Positions 12,604-29,022 of a DNA stretch of 64,000 nucleotides are shown here, piece by piece. A program made the translations under genes and the position numbers. The notes under the pieces were generated by a model. That model was not told the origin of the DNA. It was given only the letters and a program-made list of their open reading frames with translations, and did no database searches. The stretch lies in NCBI RefSeq assembly GCF_009914755.1, contig NC_060930.1. One strand, 5' to 3'. Source of the DNA: the human T2T-CHM13v2.0 reference genome, Homo sapiens. How positions within the stretch are numbered: position 1 is the stretch's first letter; every line of letters begins with the position of its first letter.

Positions 12604-13437
12604 ATAATTATTATTATTTATGGCTTTTCTGTGTTTTACTTATTTTACTTATTAAAGATTAGTTAACTTATTGTAGTTCCCCATAAGATTTCACTGGAAA
12701 CAAAGTTTGCTGCCAACAAGCACAAAATATAAGTTTGTAACTATGATCATGGACAGGTGTTTTTATGTGTTTTGGCATTTGTGAAATGGTGGGTGGGCAA
12801 AATGTGGGAGGCTGTGCTTATCTAAAGCCTGCAGGGTCCTAGAACCCTAGTTCACTGGGCATTAAGGTTCATGGAGGCGTAGCAAAGATCTGCTTGGATT
12901 TGGAGAAAGAGTTTCTCAGTGGTTGTGTTTCACTCTTTGAAATAACATAAAAAATCCCTGGTTCTTTCTGGTTCAGAAGTAAATTTTTTCATCAGTCTAA
13001 GTTCCCTTCTTACCCCACCATGCTCTGGATAAGACCCATTCTTCATACTTACTTTTCCCATTTACACTCTTCCAATTTTCTAACTTTCTAGAAGGACTAA
13101 CTGATTCCTTTATATCCCTGCATTAATTAAGCATTAATGTGGGCAGTTTTCTGCCTATTTATTTTAAATATTTTATTTTAAAATACTTTCATGCAATTGT
13201 ACTTCATTTTATTGTGCTTTGTAGTTATTGTATTATTTACAACCCCAGGTTGCCACAAACATGTACCAAGAGAATACATGTTGTTTTTCCAACATGTACT
13301 TCCAACTTCATCAGTGAATGTTGTGTGTGTTCTGACTGCTCCACCAACCAGTCTTTCCCCATCTTTCTCCCTCTTATGGGGCTTCCCTTTCCCTGAGACA
13401 CAACAATATTGAAATTAGGCCAATTAATAACCCTACA

Positions 13438-15109
<1,672 letters not shown>

Positions 15110-15729
15110 ACTACGAGGAGTTGCTTCTTGTGGATGAAAAAAAGTAAGTTTCTTGAGATGAAGAATCTACTGATAAAGATGCAGCAAACACTGTTGAAAT
15201 GACAACAAAAGATTTAGAGTATTACATAAACTTAGTTGATAAGCAGTGGTAGGATTTGAGGGGATAGACTTCAGTTTTGGAAGAAGTTCAACTGTGGTTA
15301 AAATGCTATAAAACAGCATTGCATGCTACAGAGAAATCTTTCATGAAAGGAAAAGTCCATCCATGTGGCTGGCAAACTTCATTGTCTTATTTTAAGAAAT
15401 TGCTATAGCCATCCCAAGTATCTGCAGCCATCACCTTGATCGGTCGGCAGCCATCAACATCGAGGCAGGACCCTCTATCAGCAAAAAGATTATGACTTGC
15501 TGAAGGCTTAGATAATTGTTAGTACTTTTAAGCAATATTTGAAAATTAAAGTATATACATTATTTTTATAGATATAATGTTATTGCATACTTAATAGACT
15601 ACAGTATAGTGTAAACATAATTTTATATCCACTGGGAAAATAAAAAATTTGTGTGACTTGCTTTATTGCAATTTGTTTTATTTCAGTGATCCGGAACTGA
15701 AACTGTCATATCTCTGAGGTTTGCCTTCA

Positions 15730-16715
15730 GTTACAGAAAATTTGCAAAATAGTACAGAGAATGTTTACCATTCATGGAGTCTTCCCTAACATTAATATTA
15801 TTATGATATAATCATAGAATTTAAGAAAACCAGGAAATTAACACTGACACAATGAAATACTGTTAATTTGTCTGAAAGCCTTATTTACATTTCACTTTTT
15901 CCCCGCTAAGTAATGTCTTCTTTTTTGATCCATGATCCTGTCCAGGATCGTACCTTGCACTTAGCTATTATGTGTCCTTAGTCTGCTCTAATCTGTGACA
16001 GTTTATCAGTCTTCCCTGTCTTTCATGACTCTGACACCTTTGAAGATTCTGGTTAGTTGTTTGGTATAATGTCCTTCAATTTGAGTTTGTCTGATGTTTT
16101 ATTCAGGCTAAGATTGAGGTTATATATTTTTGTGGGTTTTTTTTTAAATTTTTATTTTTTTGAGACAGAGCCTCGCTCTGTCAGCCAGGCTGCAGTGCAG
16201 TGGTGCTATCTCAGGTCACTGAAACCTCTGCCTCCTGGGTTCAAGCGATTCTCGTGCCTCAGCCTCCCAGATAACTGGGATTACAGGTGCCTGCTACCAT
16301 GCCCTGCTAATTTTTATATTTTTATTTGCGATGTGGTTTTACCATGTTGGCCAGGCTGGTCTCAAACTCCTGAGCTCAAGTGATCCACCCGCCTTGGACT
16401 CCCAAAGTGCTGCAATTACAGGCATGAGCCACTGCGCCCCACCTGGGGTTATATATTTTAGGACAAGAATACCATAGAAATGATGTTGTGTCCTCAGTTC
16501 ATCATAGGAATGGTGTAAGATATTGGTATATCTTATTACTGATGATGTTGCCCTTGATCATTTGCTTAAGATAATGTCTGCCAAATTTATCCATTATAAA
16601 GTTACTCCTTTTTTAAGTTGCTTTTTTCCCTTTTATAATTAATATTTAGGAGAGATACTTTGAGGATTTGCAAATCTTTTGTCCTTATTATATTTTTTCC
16701 TACTAATTTCAATAC
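15730..16715 (-). mobile_element. L1MC4/5-type 3' end; its T-rich tail lies at about 13155-13190, left of Tigger1
   Basis: ttacagaaaatttgcaaaatagtacagagaat, ccaggaaattaacactg, gtctttcatgactctgacacctttgaaga, aatttgagtttgtctgatg, ggagagatactttgag. Confidence 0.8.
16131..16444 (-). mobile_element. AluS element
   Basis: Full reverse dimer. Exact 13-bp TSD ggttatatatttt (16118-16130 / 16447-16459). Confidence 0.95.
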
Positions 16716-17774
16716 AGAGAAGCATTGTTTTACCCTGATCCTTAGCCAAGTGGCTTAGAAATAAAGAAAGCATTTAGGGACTTCAAAATGTGAGTCCCCA
16801 ATAATTGGATGTATAGATGTACTTTAGCATTGATTCCTTCTGAATATGCACAAGATTATTTAAGGCCAAGTGAGGAAAGGGAGTAGACTGAAAATGTGCA
16901 TTGCAGGTTTCTGAAACAGCTGACTCACTCAGTCATATTCATGGCATACTTTTGACTCTTATTTCACATAGTCCCTGCTGCCACTCTGACTTGCTCCACC
17001 TCCAGGCCATTTCACACTGAAGTTTGTGAGGATCTCAGCTCAGTGTCCCCAGGGTGTTTATTTCATAGTTTCTCAGAGGGAAGGCGCAGTGTGCCTACCC
17101 TGGCCTCCCACTCCAATCACAGATTCAGCTACTTCCACAGATGCCCATGTAAATCATCTTTAGTAGAACAATGAGAATCTGGGGAAAACCCCTCCTAGGG
17201 AAACGAGTGTCATTTCATTAAAAGAAAAAAAACCACAATCCTTCAAATCTGGTTCATCTCACAGTCTAAATGCAAGTTCTTAATTAAAAGCCAACAGAGA
17301 TTTCTAAAGTTGGAGAAAAACTGGAGCAACAACTTTTAAAATTATCCTGTGGGCTTTTTTTCCTTCTTAGTTTCTTAAAGAGAAAAAGGCTAATAACCAT
17401 TCAGTGGCAAATTGCTGTTCCTTCAGAACAAGGAAGTGAATGAGAATGAAAAGTGGCATCCCAGGGGAATAGGGAGTCATCCTGTAATTAGACGGGGCAC
17501 CATGTCGAGAGGCAGCAGAAAATTACTGGAATGGATCAATGAGGAATTGTCCTATTAGGCCTGAATAGTTTATTCGAATTTCAAGTTTCTGGAAGAAATT
17601 GTGTTTTCCACAGTACCTAAAACAGTGCTGAGCATAAAGTAAGAACTCACCGAATCCTCGTTTATTGATTTGAGGATTCCATAGTTCAAAGTCTCTGGCG
17701 TTTTGGTAGACTGTGATTTTTGTTTCAGCATGTCAGTGCTGAATGTTGGTGATGATAATAGGCTCTTTATATAT

Positions 17775-17941
17775 GGGGTTGATCTTCCTCAGCACTACTG
17801 ATATTTGGGACCAGATGATTCTTTGTTGTGGGGTGTTTATTGAGGGATGTTTAGCAGCGTTCCTGACTTCTATGCACTAGATGCCAGTAGCATTGCCTCA
17901 ACTCATGACAATCAAATATGTCTTCAGACATTGCCAAATGT
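17775..17941 (-). mobile_element. MER20 hAT-Charlie MITE (partial)
   Basis: attctttgttgtgggg...gatgtttagcagc...cactagatgccagtagca...cagacattgccaaatgt. Confidence 0.85.
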
Positions 17942-18929
17942 TTTTATTTCCTTATCCCAAGGTTATCCCACAGATAAATGGTAGAATTGAGGATAAGACC
18001 CAGAAGGTCTGAATCCTGGCCTTTAGTAATTGCCATACTATAACTCTACTAATTGCATCATGGACTACATTGATATGAACGAAATGTTAGAAGCATTGAC
18101 ATACAGCAGCACAGTTTTTTAAAAAATTGTTTAGAATAAATTCTATGCACACACCAGTTATGCAACTTAGAGGCATGGTGACCACCTTGAAGAATCAATA
18201 AATTTTGTCCATTTTGCAGGAGAACCCACTGATCATGGAGGCATGAAACAAACTGAGCAGAGGAGATTTGGTTTTGCTTCTTTCTGAGTACCAGCCGAGG
18301 GCTGGGCAGTACTGAATCCGAGTCTCTTTCCTTAATTTACATATTGCCTCCATTTTAGCAATACAGAAGGGAAATGAATAAAAACAATTATCCTCAAAGA
18401 CATTCAGTCTGGTCTTGACTTGTTAAGAACGATAAAAGTCAGCAGTTAGAAGTATTTAATACAGCTGAACAAACCATAGAGTCTCAAACAGCTTCATCTG
18501 GTGCATTTCCTCTCAATGGCAAATAAAAAGGAAGACTATAATTAGGGCGTGATTCTGCACAAGCTATCCAATAAAAGCTTTTAAAAATGATTGCCCTTAT
18601 AGACAGCATGTAAAGAACAAAGGAATCATGAATGGTTTATTATTTGCTTATTAGTATTACTATATGATCATCTATTTTTTGCATTTTAAACCAAAATGAA
18701 ATACTAAAATTTTCACATGATTTCTTAAGGATATTTTTGACACCTCATTCAAAGTATGCTGGTTTGTTGTTTTCTGAAAGTCAAATCCTCAGATTTTCAA
18801 TTAATCAATAAATGTTTATTAAATCTCATGCTGTTTGCCAGATCCAGAGTACTGCACAAAATTTGGTTGGAAGATCTGAGGCTTCTCTTTCAATCTAGAA
18901 ATTGAAAGTAAAGTAAGAAAAAGAGAAAT

Positions 18930-19089
18930 CAGTGACCCTGGACCTTTAATGTGCCCACAACTCACCTGAGATCTCTTTTAAATGAGTTTCTGACTCAGCA
19001 GGTCTAGGGTAGAGCATAAGATTCTGCATTTCTAAGTTTCCAGGTGATGCTGATGTTGCTGGTCCAAGGATCACATATTGTGTGGCAAG
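18930..19089 (+). mobile_element. MER5A1-like hAT-Charlie MITE
   Basis: tctgactcagcaggtctagggt...agattctgcatttctaag...ccaggtgatgctgatgttgctggtcca. Confidence 0.85.
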
Positions 19090-19675
19090 AATGGAAATGA
19101 CAGTCCTAGGATACATGATAAAAATAAGCTGAGCTCTAATTACCAAGTTCAAAGTATGTCTCCTGTATGCTCAAAAAGTTATTCTCTTCTCACCTCTGTG
19201 GTATAGCAATCACTGAGGATGTTTACGTGCCTTGTGCTTTTGCCCATTGCTGGTACTGCATGTTTTTCTTTGTGCATGAAAACTTGCCTGCATTTTGCTA
19301 CACGGAGATGGGAATGGGCTTCCACTGTTGTGCACTGCTAAGACGTATCTAAGCTGTTTGGAAAGCCACTTATAATTTGACATTGGCAGATGGTCTAGAT
19401 TTCCACTGGAACCTCTGTGACTCCTGTATTTTCTATTTAGGTTTTATAGTTGCCCAGAGACTCTTCAAATTAAGGTCTATGGCCTAACCCTGTGTACTAA
19501 GCACATGGTCCCTTGAGTACACTTCTAGTCACTCTCTCGATGCAGTGTGAGAAAGAAACAGGTATAAGTAGAGTCATGCTTTCTATTTCATATAAATGTG
19601 TAGAGGCCTTCCCTTTCAGGAGTTGCTCATGGCTAATTGTAACACTGTGCCTAGCTAGCAGTTTAGCACCTATAC

Positions 19676-19887
19676 CAGCAGTGTCCAATAAATCTTACTG
19701 CAATGATGTGATTTTGTGTTTCTGTGCTGTTCATTTGGTAGCCATTAGTCACATGTGGCTATTGAGAACTTAAGATATAGCTTGTGAGACTGAAGAACTA
19801 AATTTCGAATTTTTATTATGTTTAAATGTAATTAAATAAAACTTAAATATTACCACTGGCTAGTGGTTACCATATTGGACAGCACAG
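19676..19887. mobile_element. MER3 hAT-Charlie MITE
   Basis: gtgtccaata...gtagccattagtcacatgtggctattgag...gagactgaagaactaaattt...ggctagtggttaccatattggacagcacag. Confidence 0.85.
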
Positions 19888-20277
19888 CAAGATGAAATTC
19901 TCAAAGATACATGCACTCACAAGAAAGCAGCAGGAAATGATTGGATCCAACCAAAACTAGACTACTTTTGACCTGGCTTTCTAATTTATCAAGGTCATGG
20001 AGTACCCTGGGAAAATGTCTTAGTTACTCTGTTCATTTTTGTATCTTTCTTAGAAATATGAGAAAGAGTAGGTATTTAATTTTTACTTTTAAATACCTTT
20101 CCGTTTACTTCATAAGAAATACGTAATCATTATAGAAGACTTAGAAATTTATTATATTTCTACATAAAATGAAGAAAAACATTGAGAATCCCACCATCTA
20201 AAAATAACCAGAGTGAACATTTTGGTGAATAGCCTTTCAATTATCTGTGTGTGTGTATCATAATGATCTATAAATAA

Positions 20278-20623
<346 letters not shown>

Positions 20624-20927
20624 TTTTTTTTTTTTTTTTTTTTTTTAGACAGAGTCTCGCTCTGTCACCTGGGATGGAGTGCAGTGGCACAATCAGAGCT
20701 CACTGCAGCCTTGACCTCCTGGGCTCAAGCGATCCTCCCACCTTAGCCTCCTGAGTAGCAAGGACTACACGCATGCATCACCACACCTGGCTATTTTTTA
20801 AAATTATTCGTAGACACAGGGTCTAGCTTTTTTGTCCAGGCTGATCTCGAACTCCTGGCCTCAAGCAATCCTCCCACTCAGGTGTCCCCAAATGCTAGGA
20901 TTACAGGCATGAGCCAGTGTGCCTGGT
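20624..20927 (-). mobile_element. AluJ directly in tandem with the preceding AluS
   Basis: AluJ diagnostics cactgcagccttgacctcctgggctcaagcgatcctccc and ctcctggcctcaagcaatcctccc. Confidence 0.93.
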
Positions 20928-22029
20928 TAAAGACACTTACTTTAGATAGAATACTTTTGGAAACGGTCATAGTGACTTAGTGGTGGTAAACAAGAACCCC
21001 AGATGTCACTGGAAAAGGAGAGATATGGTAATTTTCTTCCTTTTTCTTAGAAAAACGAACGCTTTGTTTTGTTAACTATGTCCAACCTAAGAAACTTTTT
21101 TGTAGGCATCCAAGAAATGGAGTCTATGAGTGACTGATCAAAACTCATGGGTTAACAGACGGACCCTAATCTAGAAGCCCTGGATGGGCATTTAGCCACC
21201 TGAGTTGCTGGCAGTATTACAGCCAAATAACAGATGGAAATGGTGGGAGAAAGTAGACCTAGCAAACTCCAGGATGAAGTTTTTCTTCATCATGTAGCGT
21301 TAAGTACTAAACAAGATGTTCCCTAGTTAGTAGAGTTGTTTTCCTAAATGCCCTTATGTTACTGCCTAACCAGCCCCTGCGTTTGTTCAGGCCCACAAAG
21401 GGAAAAAATAAATTGCTTCAGGAATCAAGATGGTGATGTTTTGGATTAGTTGGGTGGAGGGGAAAGTTCCTTTGCAAACTGCGCTTGGACACGTGAAATT
21501 TAAACTTTTATATCTGGTGAAATGCAAATCATTTTTAAAAAATCAAGATGACTTTCTGTGGGACAGAGAAAAGAAGAAGGCAGAGGAGGCTGCCCAGGTC
21601 AAAGAATCAACCAGAGATTCACCCAGAAAGCTTCTGCAAGAGAAGCTTTCAAAATGTAGCTCCATTTTCACTTTAGATCAGCTGCAATGTTAAGTGCTTA
21701 ATCAATCTGGAAGCACTGTCATAATAACAGCCAGCAATACTGCTTTCCTTCTTTTTCTGGCTGCTTCTCAGACTCACACAAAATGACAGGTTCAAAGTTT
21801 ATGAACCCTAGCAAGATGTACTCAGACTTTTCTCTTCTATTCTGTGAAAGCTTTATATTGTCCTCCCTGCCACCTAAGCCAGAAGTACGAATATGGCTGC
21901 AATGAACTGATGATTCTCTTTATGAATTACCGAAGGGTTCTTCCTTCTTATATTTTCTGCTCACTTTTTGACCAGTTCTCTGAATATTTAAACTTATGAC
22001 TCCTGTGATATTTTCCTTCTGGAGTACTG

Positions 22030-22290
22030 GCTGCACAGTGGTTCACAGCATGGGCTCTGGGGTTGTACTGCTAGATTCGAACACTGGCTTCACCATTATT
22101 TGGGCATATTTCTGTGTAGCTTTGTGTCTCAGTTTTTCCTTTTGCAGCCTATTGTCCATTATTATTGTCTGTTATGGATTGGGGATACTATGTTCCAACT
22201 CATAGAGTTGTGAGGCTGAAATTAGATAATCCTTGAAAAGTGTTCGTTATAGTGATCAGCATATTCGGTATTAAGTATCTATTAGTAAGA
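22030..22290 (+). mobile_element. MIR
   Basis: cacagtggttcacagcatgggctctgg...gattcgaacactggct...gtctcagtttt...ctcatagagttgtgagg. Confidence 0.75.
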
Positions 22291-22483
22291 GTTGCACAGG
22301 CTTGCCATTTTTCCCCAAGGGAAATGACCAGGGAAATTACATGTCCAAGCTCAGAACTACATTTTTTTATCTGGAGAATATTCATTTATGGTTTGAATGA
22401 CACCTACCAAAGTCAGATTCTACACTGGTGCCCCCTGCTGCAGCATTCAATTCAGGGTATACAATGGGTGCTTGACTTAAAAA

Positions 22484-22568
22484 CTATATATATACTTATA
22501 AATACATATAAATGTATATGTAAATGTATAAATATAAAACTATATATACACATATACATACATATATC
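22484..22568. repeat. TA-rich low-complexity tract
   Basis: tatatatatacttataaatacatataaatgtatatg...catatacatacatata. Confidence 0.8.
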
Positions 22569-22569
22569 T

Positions 22570-22810
22570 CACTTATGTAGCATTCACTATGGGTCAGGTA
22601 TTCTAAATACTTAAAATATTGAATCATTTAATTTTCACATTAACTTCCATGAAGTATTACTATTGTCATTGTCATTTTACAGATAAGAAAATGGAGACAC
22701 AGGCTAAGTAGCTTTGGGGTCACAGAGCTAAGTACATGACAAAACTGGGATTTGCACTCAGAAAGTATGGCTCAAGAATTTGTGCTTTGATCCACTACAC
22801 TATGCTGCCT
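22570..22810 (-). mobile_element. MIR, near full length
   Basis: cattttacagataagaaaatggagacacag...ggtcacagagctaagt...ctgggatttgcactcag...ccactacactatgctgcct. Confidence 0.85.
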
Positions 22811-24297
22811 TCAATTTATCCATATATGTTCCCATTATCTCACTATTATGTATGTGTGAGTATAAATATATATATATAGTCTACATATATTTCTCTTTAC
22901 AATCTTCATTTTCTTCTGAATCTGGAAATCAAACAAGCAAATGTAAAAGAAATATTTCTCTTTAAAGTTCTTTTCTTACCTCTCTTCTCTCCCCTCCCCT
23001 ATTCTCTTGCCACCCTATCACTTCATCTCTCAGGCCATTCCATTATATAAGTTCCATTATGGGCTGCTGCTGTCACATGCTGGATACAGTATAATTCAAC
23101 ATGACACATGGTGAGCAGAGATGTGTAGAAATACCTGAAACTATTAGAGCCAAACAGCTTTCTGTTAAAGTTTTTTACTGCCGTATAAATATTCTTCTAG
23201 CTGGCTGGAGTCTCTGAGTATAAATACTTCATTAGAGACTATATCCATGGCAATAGCATGGCCCTCTGGGTCTTGCCTAGGAGACCAAGAAAATGCCAGG
23301 GTCTGGTGACATCTGGTTTCTTTGTATTTAAAAGGCCTTCTCTAGTTTCCAAAGTACAGGGGCATTATTAACACAGTCCATTTGGCTTATTACATCCCTA
23401 AAAGAAATCCCAACACCTCTGTGGACAGATGTAAAAATCAGTTAGGCAACTTGTATTTATTAAGTGCTTACTATGTGTCGAACCTGTGCAGGCACTATAA
23501 TAGAAATAGGTAAGCATTAAAAACCACAGCTCATTATCACTGAATATTCAAGCATTCTCATATGAGCTCTCTAAAGTGTTAACTGGATTTGAACTAGGTG
23601 GGGGGGTCTCTTTCATCTGAAGACAGCACATTTACCTTCCACAAAGATTTCTGAAAGAAAAATTAATTATTATTTATTTCCACCTGACCAGTTCTTGCCT
23701 TCTAGAATACTCAACTACAACTCCAAAATGCAGACAGAAAAAGACTTTCCTGGCTATCTCTTTTATAATATTTTCTGACGGGGCCAAGCTCGTCCCCAAC
23801 CACTCCAGGTGGCTGACAACACCATACTCCTGATAACATAGAGATTATTATTTTCCCAGGAGGGATGACTTAGGAGGAAGGATGGGGGTCAGACCATTCA
23901 GGCCCAGCAAGACTGTATCATCAGCTTGTCCACAGACTTGCCAGATTCATTCATCCCTGTGCTCTGTCTGCCCCAGGCTATGCCACTCCAGAAACATGGG
24001 AACAGAGTGGCAGCATACAAGCTGGGCACTGCATGCGGGCAAATGAGGCATATCCTCAGCCCTGCATAGATATGAGAAGGGCATGCATCTGCTTTCTCTG
24101 ATCCACAGATCAGAAAATTAAGGTCAGCGTCTCTTTAGTCTAAACAATATCTCAGTGAGATGAGGGGGAAAGGAGGCAGTCAGCCTTATCACCATTTCAC
24201 AGGCTAGAGAGTTGAGACCGAGTGAAGGCCACACCTCCGGAGGGAAAGATAATGTGAAGGCTCTCTCCACTGACATGTCACATGCTTTCTACTTGAC

Positions 24298-24475
24298 TGG
24301 GCTTCCCTAAACTTGGGTAATTTTCAGCATCACCCATGGGCAAGGGTTAAACACATGGATTCCAAGGCTCATCTATCCCTCAGAGATTCTGATTAAGTAA
24401 GTCTGGGTACCAGTAATCCATATTTTTAATAAGCTTCCCACATGATTCTAAAGATTGGCTATGCACTAAACTGCA
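24298..24475 (+). mobile_element. MER5B-like MITE
   Basis: aaacttggg...agcatcacc...cagagattctgattaagtaagtctggg...tatttttaataagcttcccacatgattcta. Confidence 0.6.
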
Positions 24476-27037
24476 CGACTTTCCTTATTTTTCCATAACT
24501 GACATGGGATAGGGGAAAAAAGTTTATATTTGGCACTGATTGAAACTATAGTCAGACAGGTATTATTTGCCCTGTTGTATGAGATTCTACTGGGTCTTAA
24601 GCAAAGGATATCTCTTGAAAGAACAACTTTTCTGAGGTAAGGTCAAGCCAGTTCTAAACAGCTAACACAGGCCCTGCCAATGTGTGATCAGAGGAATACA
24701 ACATGAGGCTTTCATCCACCAAATGTATATATATTATGGTCATAGAAATGCCACGCTATTTTGTTTGCTGTGTATGCTCCCTGGGTTATGTTCCATGAGG
24801 TTTTGAAGTTTCTGGGAGACTTCAGTGTGAAAGGTAAGCCAAATTCATCTCACGAGGGGTATCCTTTGGCTACGGAATGTCTCAGTCACATAGGGATTTG
24901 GTCTATTCTGTTTTCAGGGAGTTCTGTGGAAACAGCACACAGTTGTCAGGTTTTGCATGAAGTCACATTGGCGATGGCGTCTTGCTCCCACTCTAGTGTT
25001 AGATCAGGTCGGGAGGAAATTGCCAAATTTTATTTCAGTAAATAAACTACATAAAAGGATAAGAATTATCAGAAATGAAGCTGAATGAACTCCTTTTCTG
25101 ATATTCCCCAGTTAATTTAATAAATCACCAATCAAACATTAGCCACAACAAGGAATAGGAATAGTGTGGGTAACTGAAACCCACACATAGTTGCTACTCT
25201 TATCATTTTTCCTTCAAATTCATGAGAGCCCAGTCTAGTGAATAGAAAATCAAATAAACTGATTTAAATTCTTCTCTTTTTCTTCCCCTGTCTACCTTCC
25301 TGAGAAGGTACTCCATTTAAAAATGTATTTATTTGAAAGGGGAAGAGGGTGGGATAGAATTTTATTGTCCACTTGGAAATGGGGAAAAATTTGATTATAC
25401 TTATGCAGTAATCTTTACAGATGATTCCAAGATCCACATGGACATATTGACATATTTGATCATCCCAGGAGCTTTCTGAAAGATTAACATTGCTAGGTGC
25501 ATATAAAACTGCAATAATATTTTTAGGTGAAGAGAAGTTCAAATACATGGTTAATTCAGTTTTGCTGTGCATATACGTAGACATGTGTGTAAGATTTTGC
25601 AAAAAGTTTAAAGCTAAATACCTGAGATAGAATGTTAGTTATTTGCCTGTGTATGTCTTATGGAAGGTCCTGTGTGTGTTTAGAAGTTGCTCACTATTTC
25701 TAATCAGCACAGAGATTCCCAGAGCTGGATGCCTCCCTTCAGTGGCTAGTTCTATGCTTAGGTTGTGGTGACAATAAAATGGGTTTAGCCTCTGCCCTGT
25801 CTCACCACATGAATTAGGGAAAGAACGCAGAGTAATAATGGGGTGAGCTCAACTCTGAGTGAATTTTTATTTTATTGTATATTTTGCTTCGCTCCTAAAG
25901 CCACAGTCAAAATGATATTTTTTCTCCAGTTTGTCTCACTATTCTTTAAAAATAAATTTTTATCAGCTTCCTAATTTTCACTGCTCAGGAAGACTTTTCT
26001 AATTCATTTTCTAACTAACTCTCAGGAGTTGGCAGTGGTTTTGTTAACAATTAGCTTCCAAATAGTATTAATCACTACACCAAATTCCTCTTACTATAAA
26101 CCTCTGGATACTGTTGCTTTAAATGTATGATGCCTTCCTTTCTTACTTTTCACTCAGCAGATCCTAGATGCCACATTTTAATAGTCAATAAATATACGTA
26201 AGGAAAGTTTGGAGGTTGGAACAAAATTTTCTTTAAGAATGTTTCTCTGTTGGGCTTAGCAGCATAAAGCATTTGAAAATGCATTGTACTAACATTATTG
26301 GAGGTACAAAATGGTAATCAGAAGACTTAATCTCACACATTAGTAGAGACCCTTTGAAGTACTTTTCACTGGATCTGCAGTTTTTAAAAGATAAGGTTTA
26401 TTTTTATAATATAAATACATGTTTACTCTTCCTCTTCTACCACCAAAGCCAACACAATTTCTTATAAGCTTGGATTGCTCAAGTATTCATGATTCCTTCT
26501 TACATCTGCTTCCTTCTCCTTTTACCTCTAAATGCACTTCATCTTCTGGCTACCTCTTCTCCAGACTTTGACAGACTTCTGCATTTATACTGTCTTTATC
26601 CCCATGATCATGCAAATTTTTAAATCCTAGAGACTTTCTTTCAACAAAGTCACATAAATGCTTTTTTTGCAACTAGCCTTACCCCACTCCTCTTCTTTCT
26701 CTCTCCTAGTTTTGGAGAGCTGGCTCAAATTGGATATAGTATATATAGAGAGACTAGTGTTCCTATTACTCTTTCTCCCCAAACAGTTATTCAAAGAATT
26801 AATAGATGTTATCTCCTTTCTTTCAAGAATGTTTGTTTGGATATGTAGTTTGGCATGTAAGTATGGTATGAAAGACACACCTAAAGAAAACTTTGCTACA
26901 TTCTGATTATTCCATTTTCTGCAACCTCTCAAAGGTTTTAATAATCTGTCCTCAGCCTTCTTCAATGTAAACTTCTTCTCCCTTGGTAAGTCCATGTATC
27001 TGAGGCTGCAGTCAGTATCTCCAACCCAGAAAGAGGG

Positions 27038-27863
27038 TGATTCAACAAATTTTAGTACTGAATACCAGCCATGTTCCAGGCACTGTAATGAAGCTATAGA
27101 TATAGCAATGAAACAAATATGAAACTCCAGTTCTCATGAAGCTTACATTTTTAGGTGAAAGAGATTAACAGACAAAGAAAGGGGAAGTAATGATGAATGC
27201 AATGGAGAATGTAAAGTGGGGTAAGTTGATAGGAAGTGACAGTGGTGCTTTCTTTTTATGAGGTGGTGAAGGAAGCCTTCTCTGATAACACTAGAGCAGA
27301 GACCTGAAGAACATAAGGAGGAAAGCAGGCCATGTGGCTATGGGTGGTATGATGTTCCAGGCAGAAGGAAGAGCAGGTGCCAAAGCCCCAAGGCAGGAGA
27401 GGACTGAGGAGGTCCTAAGAAGAGCAGAGAAACTGGTATGTCAGGAAGGAATTGAACAAGGGAAGGAAAGGTGGGAGGAGAGTTGGAGAGGAAGCAGAGA
27501 GACGAAATCTTAGGTCTGTGAACAACGATGAAGACTTTGGATTTTATAGTGAGTGAGACTGGAACATTTTAAGCAAACAAGGGACATAATCTGACTTGTT
27601 CAAAAAGTATCATTGATGTGTGAATTACAGACTATTGAGAATAACGGAAGCAGGACAACCCATTAGGAAGACACAGTATTAGTTCAGATGAGAGACGATT
27701 ATGTCTTGGGCTGGAATGGTAGTTGCAATAGCAGTGAGAGGGAGCCAGATTTAAAATATATGTTGAAAGTGAAGCCAACAGAATTTGCTATAGGAGAGTT
27801 ATCTAGGATGCTGCAAATGTTTAACACAGAGAAGTGAGATTGACAATATTTGGGGGTGGTTCA
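27038..27863 (-). mobile_element. L2 LINE (3' part), interrupted by L1
   Basis: attcaacaaat...atgttccaggcactg...ctcatgaagcttacatt...gagcagagacctgaag...gttccaggcagaagg...gactttggattttat. Confidence 0.85.
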
Positions 27864-28149
27864 GTTTTTTTTTTTTTAAATTAACTTTAGTTTTTAGAGA
27901 AGTTTTGGGTTCATAGCAAAATTGAGCAGAAAGTCCAGAAAGTTTGCATATACCGCCTGTCTCTACATACAAAAAACCTCTCACTATGGACATCTCATAG
28001 CAAAGTGGTACAGTTGTTACAATTGATGAACCTACATTAACATATCATTATCACCCAAAGTTCATTGTTTATGCTAGGGTTCATCCTTGGTGTTGTACAT
28101 TCTGTGGCTTTGAACAATATATAATGACATGTATTCATAATTGTCATAT

Positions 28150-29022
<873 letters not shown>

